64,000 bases of DNA, from the IMG/VR virus record IMGVR_UViG_3300012933_000135. The stretch is one strand, 5' to 3'. The translations under genes and the position numbers were made by a program. The notes under the pieces were generated by a model. That model saw only the letters and a program-made list of their open reading frames with translations, ran no database searches and was not told the DNA's origin. Below, piece after piece: positions 40,201 to 48,274 of the stretch. Every line of letters starts with the position of its first letter. Position 1 is the stretch's first letter. This DNA comes from an uncultured virus (IMG/VR IMGVR_UViG_3300012933_000135) (lineage: Duplodnaviria; Heunggongvirae; Uroviricota; Caudoviricetes).

Positions 40201-43132
40201 CTAAACCACCTGCTTCAAAGTCGGTACCGATAATGCGAGCTTCGTATATACCGCCATCTCTAAATTCATCAGCTACTGCAACTGCGCCTACACCCGAACC
40301 TGAGAATGCAAATGTAGCTCCGGTATAATTTTGACCTGCATTTGTGAATTCTAATTTCAAAAATTTGTTAGTTGCTTCGCCAATAAACGCTGTTGCAATT
40401 TGAGCAGGTTGATTACGGTTATTAACTGTTGCTGCAATTGGGATTTCAGTAGTATCAAATCCTTCAGCAACACAGCCGTATGTTCCGTATGAAGTGTTTC
40501 CGTTAGTAGCACGAATTTTGCCGCCGTCTTCTGCAAGGTAACCGCAATGACTGTAGTACGCAAATACTGAAACTAATTCAGTTAACGCATTATGGCCTGT
40601 ACACCATACACCGATACCGTCACTAATTAGAGTAGTATAGTCGTTTGCAACAATAGATCGATTACCGTTGTTGTGTAACGATCCGTCGATCTTCATACCA
40701 GTACATCCTTGACCAAATAACGATACGTTCTGACAGTATGGTGATTTGGTAGTAATTTGAACTGAAGTATCGTTAGGGCCTGCGCCTGGATCTAAGCTAA
40801 CAAATGCGCCGCCTGTTGGACGCTTTGTTCCATACACGTTAGGAGAAGATAATCCACCTAACAATCCGCGAAGTGTCATGTTTCTAATACCGCAACCGTT
40901 TCTAACAAAGAACATGTTGTTAATTGCATCTGCGCCGTATAGAGAAATTGTTTGATTTGATGAATCAGTTAGCTGTACAGGTACAGTGCTACCTGGAGAT
41001 GTAGCAATTTTAAATTGTGTATCTGTAATAGTTGAGCCAATTACGTAGTAAACTTGACCTGATACTAAGTTACCAAAGCCGCCTGCAACGGCTGTCATTG
41101 TTCCGTTTTCAGTTGTTACTTCGAATACAGGGCCGCTGACAGTTTCACTAACTGTAATAGTTGCTGTTACAGAATCATAAGACTGTACGTAGTAAACTTG
41201 TCCTGATACTAAGTTACCAAAACTTAATCCAGTGAATACAATTGGCATGTTAATATACATACCGATAGTAAAACCTAAGGTAATTTTATTGCCAGTTGAA
41301 GATGTAAATGATGCAGTGGTAGTAAGAACTGGTGCAATAACTTGTACAGGGTCGTCGCCTTGAATACCGTAAGTTGTATTAACAGTAATTAAATTAGTAC
41401 TTGCACTACATGCTGTTGCAATACAACTAATAGTTCGAGCTGGTTGAATTACAGTGCCGCGTAACTCGTCACCGACTAGTGCTACACCTGCTGGTACTCT
41501 AATAGGAAGTTCTTCACTATATGTTCCAGTCTTAATAAAAATAGTAGCTGGGCCAACAACTTGGCCACAAGCATACTTAACAGATCTCCAAGGAGTTGAA
41601 ATAGTTGTGCCGAACGACGGGTCATCTACTCCGGTAGTTGCAACGTAGTAAACTCCGCCGACTACACCCCAGTTGTCCCAAGATGGAACTGCTAGGAATG
41701 CAGTGTCGGCTTTAAGTAATTGTCCAGTTGTTCCAATGTTAACCTTTTCCCATTGGTTAGAACTATACGTTTGCATATCACCTTGATTCTGCAATGTTTC
41801 AAATTGATCACCACGGACGTAAATTGTCCAGTTATCATTACTTGTATCTGCTAACGGATTAATTGTTGCACTGTGGGTCGTTGTACAGATATAAGATGTT
41901 GAGAAATAAGTTACAACGTCGCCAATTGCATACATTGAGTTACTAACCCAAGGGCCGCGCCAGTGCATACCTGGATTTACTAGTTTCCAGTTATCAGTGT
42001 CAGTTGTTTCAATAGCTTTATTATCTTCGATAGCAACATATAAGTATCCGTTGCGTCTAACAAGATCACCTGTGCGATAGTCAACTTGAGAACCCCAATC
42101 GCCTGTTATATTGTAATTTTTTACTAACAATGTCCAGTTAACTGAATCAGTGCCTGGCTTGTTATCTAAGTTATTTGTTGTGTTACTAGTGTACTCATAT
42201 CCGCCGTAAGATACAATATCGCCTTTAACGTAAAATACGTTATCAAGCCATGCATTTGCAAATTGTAAACCCGGAACCCATACTACAAAGTTAGTAGTGC
42301 TGAATACATCGATTGATGTGTGTGACACTGCACAAATGTATAGGTCGGCTCCATACTTTACAACATCATTTAGGCGATATCGTATTCCTTCTGCCCATGC
42401 AAATCTGTATTCAATACCACTATGAACTACTTCCCACTTGTCTAGATCAGAGTCAATGCCGATAGCAATAGTTGCAGCACTTGTGTGCCCTTCAATTGCT
42501 TTATAGACAATACCGCCGTATCTAACAACATCACCTAGTTTGTAACGTGTGCTAACAGTCCAATCTGTTTTCCAATCGTTCGCATATAATAACACATCCC
42601 AGTAGCTTTCATTAGATTCAAGACCGAGCGCTAGAGTTGCAGAACTTGTGTGGCCAAAGTTACAACGATATAATGTGCCGCCGTATCGAACAGTATCATT
42701 TAATTTGTAACGTGTACTAACAGTCCAATCTTTAACCCAGTTTTCTGTTACTGCGTATTGAGTCCACTTAGCCTGGTCAGCTTCTAATCCAAGAGCAGTT
42801 GTTGCCGAACTAGTATGGCTTTCATTACAGATATAAATGATACTTCCGTATCTAACATAGTCACCAAGGTCATAAAATGTAGATGGTAACCAGTTGTTTT
42901 TCCACTCATAGCCGTCAAACCATAACACCCATTTTGGTGCTGCTTCGTCTGGCGTAGTAGTTACATCAATAAATTCTAAATCAGTATTAAAGTCTGCTGA
43001 AGCAGTATGACCGACTAAACATACATAAGATTTACCACCGTAGCGAACTATATCATCTTTAGTGTACGTTGTTGCTGCGGACCAGTCTGACTTCCACGTA
43101 AATCTAATTCTGTTTATCTTAAAATCTGCCAT
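37259..43132 (-). CDS. Giant modular fibre/appendage protein (1957 aa)
   Basis: Same scaffold as the 2996-aa protein (MA.FK..RIRF.WK, CBM-like repeats, GDELR, SPYCQNV, propeller, TGHDFL, TDQDGNF) but without the CxRD repeats. Confidence 0.85.
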   Translation of the reverse strand: MADFKINRIRFTWKSDWSAATTYTKDDIVRYGGKSYVCLVGHTASADFNTDLEFIDVTTTPDEAAPKWVLWFDGYEWKNNWLPSTFYDLGDYVRYGSIIYICNESHTSSATTALGLEADQAKWTQYAVTENWVKDWTVSTRYKLNDTVRYGGTLYRCNFGHTSSATLALGLESNESYWDVLLYANDWKTDWTVSTRYKLGDVVRYGGIVYKAIEGHTSAATIAIGIDSDLDKWEVVHSGIEYRFAWAEGIRYRLNDVVKYGADLYICAVSHTSIDVFSTTNFVVWVPGLQFANAWLDNVFYVKGDIVSYGGYEYTSNTTNNLDNKPGTDSVNWTLLVKNYNITGDWGSQVDYRTGDLVRRNGYLYVAIEDNKAIETTDTDNWKLVNPGMHWRGPWVSNSMYAIGDVVTYFSTSYICTTTHSATINPLADTSNDNWTIYVRGDQFETLQNQGDMQTYSSNQWEKVNIGTTGQLLKADTAFLAVPSWDNWGVVGGVYYVATTGVDDPSFGTTISTPWRSVKYACGQVVGPATIFIKTGTYSEELPIRVPAGVALVGDELRGTVIQPARTISCIATACSASTNLITVNTTYGIQGDDPVQVIAPVLTTTASFTSSTGNKITLGFTIGMYINMPIVFTGLSFGNLVSGQVYYVQSYDSVTATITVSETVSGPVFEVTTENGTMTAVAGGFGNLVSGQVYYVIGSTITDTQFKIATSPGSTVPVQLTDSSNQTISLYGADAINNMFFVRNGCGIRNMTLRGLLGGLSSPNVYGTKRPTGGAFVSLDPGAGPNDTSVQITTKSPYCQNVSLFGQGCTGMKIDGSLHNNGNRSIVANDYTTLISDGIGVWCTGHNALTELVSVFAYYSHCGYLAEDGGKIRATNGNTSYGTYGCVAEGFDTTEIPIAATVNNRNQPAQIATAFIGEATNKFLKLEFTNAGQNYTGATFAFSGSGVGAVAVADEFRDGGIYEARIIGTDFEAGGLGYITAANQAQAGDINTITIASNDQNLFADYYGMRLIVTSGTGVGQYGYIAYYNTVTKVATIAKESVQAITSSSTNATNNLINVGSTSSLNIGTAIVIVPNQQDTTAYNTVHTVAVMTTAYINGNSLYVISMGAGAIAVGMVLTGPGIAANTYITSNNQGFGSGSTWTINMSQTVGNVGSPITITGTNNLVTLTSSENMTIGEQIVFTGSTFGGIVDSTKYYIYNIIGNQVVISATYGGTPFAVSNATGSMAATAGGMLGGLIAGQVYYVLAANFSSTAFAVSTSPGGTAETVTTQTYGSSMQIHTLGWENLVPGTPAVSTIDSTSVYSIEPCVKFTSPSYSASTANLPSASNWISVAYGNGRFVAITSTGTTSFSLNGQTWSTGATLPAGTYTEITFGNGFFVAITTTAVAAYSADGAAWISITMPSSSGYHAIAYGNGGFIAVQTASATAAYSADTTSWAPLTLPVSGNWKSIAYGSIGTWVAIAGNSSAIAAYSTDNGSSWMQIALPSAANWISVEWGNGRFVAIASGSSTAAYSFDGINWLTSSMPVVASWTDLGYGQGLFFAVAAGTTTALTSQDGVVWTSRTLASAAQWSATTFGNPSTTPMWVAVSTSSSNTAAYVRAGATALGRATVASNKISVIKIWEPGSGYTNSPTPTLLITDPNPTSVAVTICRVGNGVLGNPTFTNRGSGYRTSTTVVTISAGTGYADIYQSSKLLTISGLDSLPTPGAALTITNNPNQYRIVVINDLGNGSAQFQVSPPLTIELAPEHGTTISIRQKYSQCRITGHDFLLVGTGNQTATNYPYTDITTAVQYQQIAENNGGRVFQTSTDQDGNFKVGNLFAVEQASGIVTISADQLSLTGLQTLSLGGFSLGTNTVTITQFSTDSYFTANSDTIVPTQRAIKTYIARNIAGGGANAQAGAVVAGTFGVGGPNRIYSSTQSQLYVRNSMRITKGINGTMLAKSFFAHGFSVGGSAAGK

Positions 43133-43162
43133 TTTCTACCTCAATATTTTTAACTTGTATAT

Positions 43163-43522
43163 TTATATGCCGCTTGGATACTGGTATTTTGTATCGGTTC
43201 TTACTACTAATTGACCGTCAGCATCTATGTAATAGTACAAGTTTCTGTTATCCCATCGCATTTGTTCGTACTTTAGATTGTCATATACTTCTTCGTGAGT
43301 CACATCTCTGCCTTCAAAAAAGTCAACGCCTACTTCAAAGTCCGGGTAATTGCCATCGGCAGTTCCGTCTTTGTTAATTTGTACACCATCTTCTCTACTT
43401 AGATTGTTTACACGGGCAAAATATACTTCACCTTCGTCTGTTCTACGAAGTGCGTAGAAGTACTTAGGAGTGTCTCCTAATATATCTTCTTGTGATCTGC
43501 CAAATTGATAATTGCTTGCCAT
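43163..43522 (-). CDS. Hypothetical virion protein
   Basis: Start at MASNYQ behind an AAGGA RBS. Motifs YFYALRR, YEQMRWD and YYYID..GQLVVR. Confidence 0.7.
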   Translation of the reverse strand: MASNYQFGRSQEDILGDTPKYFYALRRTDEGEVYFARVNNLSREDGVQINKDGTADGNYPDFEVGVDFFEGRDVTHEEVYDNLKYEQMRWDNRNLYYYIDADGQLVVRTDTKYQYPSGI

Positions 43523-43532
43523 AATAATATCC

Positions 43533-43862
43533 TTATACAATCTCAGCGTAGCTTGCAATCAAGTCAATGCTTGAAGCAGTGTCGCTTACTATTGTTAATG
43601 TAGTGCTTTCTGCGAGAATGATCTTCTCTCCGTTAGTTACTACTTTTGCACTTGTGTAAGGTTCAATAATTAAACCTTTGATGTAATATCCAGTAACATC
43701 TGATGAGTCAGTAATTGTTATATCTACTATCACTGATTCGTCAGTTGTGTTTGCTAGGTTACACCCAATTAGTGTAAATCGGTTTCCTGTTCCAGTTGCT
43801 AATACATCTACCGGAGTTGTTCCAATATCTTTTGCTACTTTAGTTCTAAAAAATGATGCCAT
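43533..43862 (-). CDS. Small beta-rich virion protein
   Basis: 109 aa (LIGCNLAN, GEKIIL, SIDLIASYAEI). Follows a fibre gene. Confidence 0.7.
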   Translation of the reverse strand: MASFFRTKVAKDIGTTPVDVLATGTGNRFTLIGCNLANTTDESVIVDITITDSSDVTGYYIKGLIIEPYTSAKVVTNGEKIILAESTTLTIVSDTASSIDLIASYAEIV

Positions 43863-43868
43863 CTCTGT

Positions 43869-46800
43869 TTATCCAAAAATTAGTGCGGCTGTTACGCCTA
43901 AGTCAGTTGCTTCAACTGTTGTAACACCACCACTGTTACCTGCAACGCTTGTCCAAGATACGCCGTTAAATACTTCAACTAGTTTTTCGTCAGTGTTGAA
44001 ACGCATCATGCCTACTTCAGGAACTGCTGGGCGCTGTGTTAGAGAGTCTCCACTTGGAATTACGATACCATTAGTGCCTGCAACTCGAACATAACCTGTT
44101 CCGGTTTCTACAAATTCAGTTACTGCGTTTGATACTACGTTTGTAATAGTGTTATTATAAATCTTTAAGTTACCAACACGCACACCACCACTACCAGTAG
44201 TAGTTAAATTAATATTAGTATCAGCAGTTAGCGGAGAAATTGTATTCCCATAAAGATCTAAACTGACTGTTTGGAATCGTTGTGTTTGTAATTTTGTGCT
44301 ATCAATAGTTGCAGTTAAGTTTCCATCAGCATAAAAATATAAAATATTATCATTTGCTCCAGGAGTTGCTTCAGCAAGAATCTTAGTATTACCATCAATG
44401 TCTTGTATGCCGCCTAGCTTAACCCAATACCCGTTGTTATATCCTTCATAACGAAGACGATCGGTATTATAACGAATCATACCGTTAGTTGGACTAGCAG
44501 GTCTATCAGCATCGCTGCCTACAGGAATCTGTACACTTTGATTACTGTTAACAATTACGCTGCCAGTGCCTTGCGGTACTAGAGTAATGTCGGAATTAGT
44601 TACTGTACTTTGAATAGTGTTGTCACTGACTTTAATGCCTTCGATAACAACGTTGCCGCTGCCGTTTGCTTGCAATTCTAAATCGGTTCCACTTACTCTA
44701 GTGTTAATAATATTGCCTGAAATTTGAATTTCAGGTAGCTGTAAGTAACCTGTTCCAGTAATGTTACCTGTTACTTCGGTGTTACCGCTAGTAACAAAAT
44801 TACCAGTTTGATTAATATCACCAGTTTGAGTAATTGTTCCTGTAACACTTGTGTTCTTTAAGTAAGTAGTACCAGTAGTAACTGTTAGATCTTGAGTAAC
44901 TGTTAAATTTTGATCTATTTGTACATTGTTACTTGGAACGTAAATTCTACCAACGCCGTTTGCAATTAGTGTTAGATCGTCATTGCCGGTAGTTGTACTG
45001 ATAGTGTTAGAATCAATCACTAATGCGTCAACTTCAACGCGGCTTAAGAATGCAGTATTCCATCGTAAAGAATCTGTACCTAAGTCATAGCTAGCAGTAT
45101 TCGCAGGAATTAAGTCACTGTTAATACCTGCAACAAAAGTTACAGTATCTGACGATTGATCACCGATAGTGATATTGCCACCAATGTGTACATCGCCAGT
45201 TACATCTAAGTTACCAGTTACTAATGTGTTATTTTGTAAATTAATTACTCCACTAGCGGCTGTGATGTTCACATCACCTGTTAAACTTTCAACAGTATTT
45301 CCGCTAATACGAATATTACCTGTTGTAATATCTTCGGGAGTAATAGTTGTAGTGTATGTGCCATCTGTGAAAGTAACACCTTGAACACTTGTGATACTTA
45401 ACGATTGACTGTCAAACAGCACTTCGCCAGTTTTCTGATTAACATAGAAGTTATCTCCAACTCTAAAGTTACCTTCGTTGTCTACAGATGTTCTATAAAT
45501 TCGTGCGCCGTTTGTTTCAACTACTTCATTTGCATCAATTCTGTCATTAGGATCATTAGTAACTAACTTGCCTGCGCCAACATATGCAAAGTTCTGACTG
45601 ATAAAGTATCCAATAACTCCAACACCATTACCTACAACGCCGTAGTTGCCGTAGATACACGCCGAACCAATTGCTCTAATTTCAGCACCAAAGTCTGAAT
45701 AGTCAGCAAAGTTAATAATGCTTGCTGTTCCGCCTGCGCTTGTGCGCAAGTCTTGGTATGTAACACCATCGTCTAAGAATGTTGTTGAATTGTTATTACC
45801 GTTAAAATGTAATAGCAATACAGTGTTTAAGTCACCAGCTAGTGCAGTAGTCGGTGGAGTAAATGTTCCTGTGTATCGAGCTGTGCCTTTGCTAATACGT
45901 ACATCGTCGATGTATCCAGTAAATGGTGTAGTTGCATCAAATCGTGCTCCGATAGTTAATGCACCTTGTACATAGGTATTTGTATCAGCATACGTGCTAC
46001 CAACTTGATTACCGTCAATAAACATCTTAGTGTTGTTGCTAGATTTAGCAACTGCAATATGAGTCCAAGTGTTTAACGGGATAGTACTAACACTGTCGAT
46101 ATGTGCTAACCCACTAGATGAAAATCTTAATGTATTAGTAGTTGCATTAATATAAACTGTAGGAACTTCCTGCGGATTGCTTGTTCTAAAATCAAAAATA
46201 ACTTGATTTGCAGCAGGTTGATTAGTATTATAAATCCACGCTTCTACACAGAAGTCACCTGTTCCAAAATTAAAGTCTGGAGTAGATGTAATATTAACAT
46301 AATCTCCAGTTCCGTCTAATACTAAACTAGTTGCTCCAAACTTTTTCTGTGTAGTAGATAATTTAGCATCACCGTTAGCAAATACTGGCTTAGGATTTCT
46401 ATCAGTGATAGTTTCAAATCCTAACTGGCGACCTGTTAAGTTAACATAGTTGCCGTCGATACTTGCAATAGTTCCTGAACCTAATACCGTAACTCCGTCA
46501 GTATCATAGTAAGATACAGTGTTACCTACCGACCATGTACCAACTCTTGTATCAATGCGTAAGCGAGTTTCGCCTTGTTGGGCAAATCCGTAGTTGCTAG
46601 ATAGGGCATTAAATCCCTTGTTAGCAAAGTATGTGAATGAGTTTAACCATTCAACTCGAACGCCGTTAGTTACAGTAATACAGTCAACACCTGGTGTGAT
46701 AAATGTTACTGCATGGAATAATAACGATGCTTCTCTTGATGCAGTATTCGCATAAGCGCCGTCAATATATGCGCCACGTCCTGCATCAGCAGAATCAAAT

Positions 46801-48155
46801 CCGCGAGGATCGCTTGGGCTAGTAACAGTTCCGTGTGTTATAACTGTAACGTTTCTAACATACGGACTACGAGTTGTCACGATCATATCGCTAGCAAAAC
46901 GGAATGCGTATCCGTTATCTGGGAATATTCTAGTACTACCGTCGCAACTAAATGTTAAATTAGATACAAACACATCTCCAGATGCAGCAGGGCCAGTATA
47001 AGTTACTGTGGTTACGCCAGTAGTGTGAGTATAAGTTGCGCCTGTTATTGAATATGTATTACTGTCAAACGTAATAGTACCACCACTTACCCAAGTGTGT
47101 GCAAATGGAGCAATACCTGCGTTAAAAGTTGCAGAGTTTGTTGTTGAACTTGTAACTGTAAAGAAATTACCATTGCTGAAGAAGTCGGATATTGCTAAAT
47201 CTTCAACAGTTGTTTCTCCGTTAAGTAAAAACGCATCGTTATATCGAGTAGCAGTTGTTGGCTTAATGTTAACTGAACGAATACCAGTTCCGCGAACTGT
47301 TACTCCAACTGGAACAGTTAATGGAAATGCTTCAATATATGTTCCTGGATACACGTAAACGGTATCACCAGATGATGCAATGCTCAATGCATGAGAAATA
47401 GTCAGTACCGGATTGTTTTCGTGTACACCTGCATTTGTATCATTGCCTGTAGTTGCGACATATATGATGTTGCCCTGCGGTAATACTAAATTTACACCGT
47501 TAACAGTTGCAGAATCTGAAACAATATTAGTTGCTAATACATCGTGAATGTAACCAGTTGCCCATGCTTTGCCGCCTGTGGTTGGGTCACTACCTAAATT
47601 ATATGTATTTGTATCATTAGGAATAATGTCACTAGCAATGTCAGCATTAAATATAACATTATCGTCAGTGTTGCTACCAATAGTAATGTCACCATCTGCT
47701 GTAATGTTTCCAGTAGCATGTAGATCACCGTTAACTAGCATGTTGCTATTAACGTTTACTTCCCCGGTGCCTGATGTTCTAAACTCTAAATCAGCGCCAG
47801 CGTCTGTTGTTTGAATCGTGTTAGTTGTAATTTGTAAATTATCATTTACTAATAATTTTGCTTGGTATACAACTGCATTAGAACCGCTTGGTTCTAAATT
47901 AATGATAGGAGAAGTGCTGCTAAGTGTATTGCCTACAAGTGTAAATGTAGCAATGTCTGCTTGCGTTGTAACTTCTAAATTTGTAGTACGTGTGGTACCA
48001 TCTATGGTTAAGTCATGCGTTGGTGATGCTGTCTTAATACCAACACGGCCATTAATTACATCTAGATAGAGAAGATCAGTCTCAAACGCTAAATCCACGC
48101 CCTCGCGAAGAAGGTTAGCCTTTAAGAGCGGACCTGAAATACGACCAACAGCCAT
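43869..48155 (-). CDS. Tail fibre protein with LamG/ConA-like domain (1428 aa)
   Basis: KFGATSLVLDGTGDY, FGTGDFCVEAWIY, WTHIAV and GYIDDVRISKG.ARY (LamG). Also a beta-helix start (YVATTGND, VYPGTY.E.FPL), 'I..NTI' shaft repeats and GMIRYN motifs. Confidence 0.85.
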   Translation of the reverse strand: MAVGRISGPLLKANLLREGVDLAFETDLLYLDVINGRVGIKTASPTHDLTIDGTTRTTNLEVTTQADIATFTLVGNTLSSTSPIINLEPSGSNAVVYQAKLLVNDNLQITTNTIQTTDAGADLEFRTSGTGEVNVNSNMLVNGDLHATGNITADGDITIGSNTDDNVIFNADIASDIIPNDTNTYNLGSDPTTGGKAWATGYIHDVLATNIVSDSATVNGVNLVLPQGNIIYVATTGNDTNAGVHENNPVLTISHALSIASSGDTVYVYPGTYIEAFPLTVPVGVTVRGTGIRSVNIKPTTATRYNDAFLLNGETTVEDLAISDFFSNGNFFTVTSSTTNSATFNAGIAPFAHTWVSGGTITFDSNTYSITGATYTHTTGVTTVTYTGPAASGDVFVSNLTFSCDGSTRIFPDNGYAFRFASDMIVTTRSPYVRNVTVITHGTVTSPSDPRGFDSADAGRGAYIDGAYANTASREASLLFHAVTFITPGVDCITVTNGVRVEWLNSFTYFANKGFNALSSNYGFAQQGETRLRIDTRVGTWSVGNTVSYYDTDGVTVLGSGTIASIDGNYVNLTGRQLGFETITDRNPKPVFANGDAKLSTTQKKFGATSLVLDGTGDYVNITSTPDFNFGTGDFCVEAWIYNTNQPAANQVIFDFRTSNPQEVPTVYINATTNTLRFSSSGLAHIDSVSTIPLNTWTHIAVAKSSNNTKMFIDGNQVGSTYADTNTYVQGALTIGARFDATTPFTGYIDDVRISKGTARYTGTFTPPTTALAGDLNTVLLLHFNGNNNSTTFLDDGVTYQDLRTSAGGTASIINFADYSDFGAEIRAIGSACIYGNYGVVGNGVGVIGYFISQNFAYVGAGKLVTNDPNDRIDANEVVETNGARIYRTSVDNEGNFRVGDNFYVNQKTGEVLFDSQSLSITSVQGVTFTDGTYTTTITPEDITTGNIRISGNTVESLTGDVNITAASGVINLQNNTLVTGNLDVTGDVHIGGNITIGDQSSDTVTFVAGINSDLIPANTASYDLGTDSLRWNTAFLSRVEVDALVIDSNTISTTTGNDDLTLIANGVGRIYVPSNNVQIDQNLTVTQDLTVTTGTTYLKNTSVTGTITQTGDINQTGNFVTSGNTEVTGNITGTGYLQLPEIQISGNIINTRVSGTDLELQANGSGNVVIEGIKVSDNTIQSTVTNSDITLVPQGTGSVIVNSNQSVQIPVGSDADRPASPTNGMIRYNTDRLRYEGYNNGYWVKLGGIQDIDGNTKILAEATPGANDNILYFYADGNLTATIDSTKLQTQRFQTVSLDLYGNTISPLTADTNINLTTTGSGGVRVGNLKIYNNTITNVVSNAVTEFVETGTGYVRVAGTNGIVIPSGDSLTQRPAVPEVGMMRFNTDEKLVEVFNGVSWTSVAGNSGGVTTVEATDLGVTAALIFG

Positions 48156-48159
48156 TTGC

Positions 48160-48250
48160 GCTCCTTAACCCGGTGTTTCACCGTTAACCACCTTGCATTG
48201 CGGGTTTACCACAGTTTAATATCGTAAAAACCTGGTCAGTCTTTACAGTA
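48160..48250 (-). promoter_or_regulatory. Structured 5' leader of the 1428-aa fibre gene (candidate cis-regulatory RNA)
   Basis: About 95-nt leader after ATAAATA (48255-48261), with three predicted hairpins, the last abutting the AAGGAG RBS. Confidence 0.45.
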
Positions 48251-48274
48251 AAAGTATTTATCGGTTTTGGGTTA

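Noticed and set aside
48160..48250. Hammerhead ribozyme or c-di-GMP riboswitch in the leader
   Set aside because: CTGACCA does not fit the CUGAnGA core, and the c-di-GMP consensus elements are not in the correct arrangement. Kept only as an unassigned structured leader.
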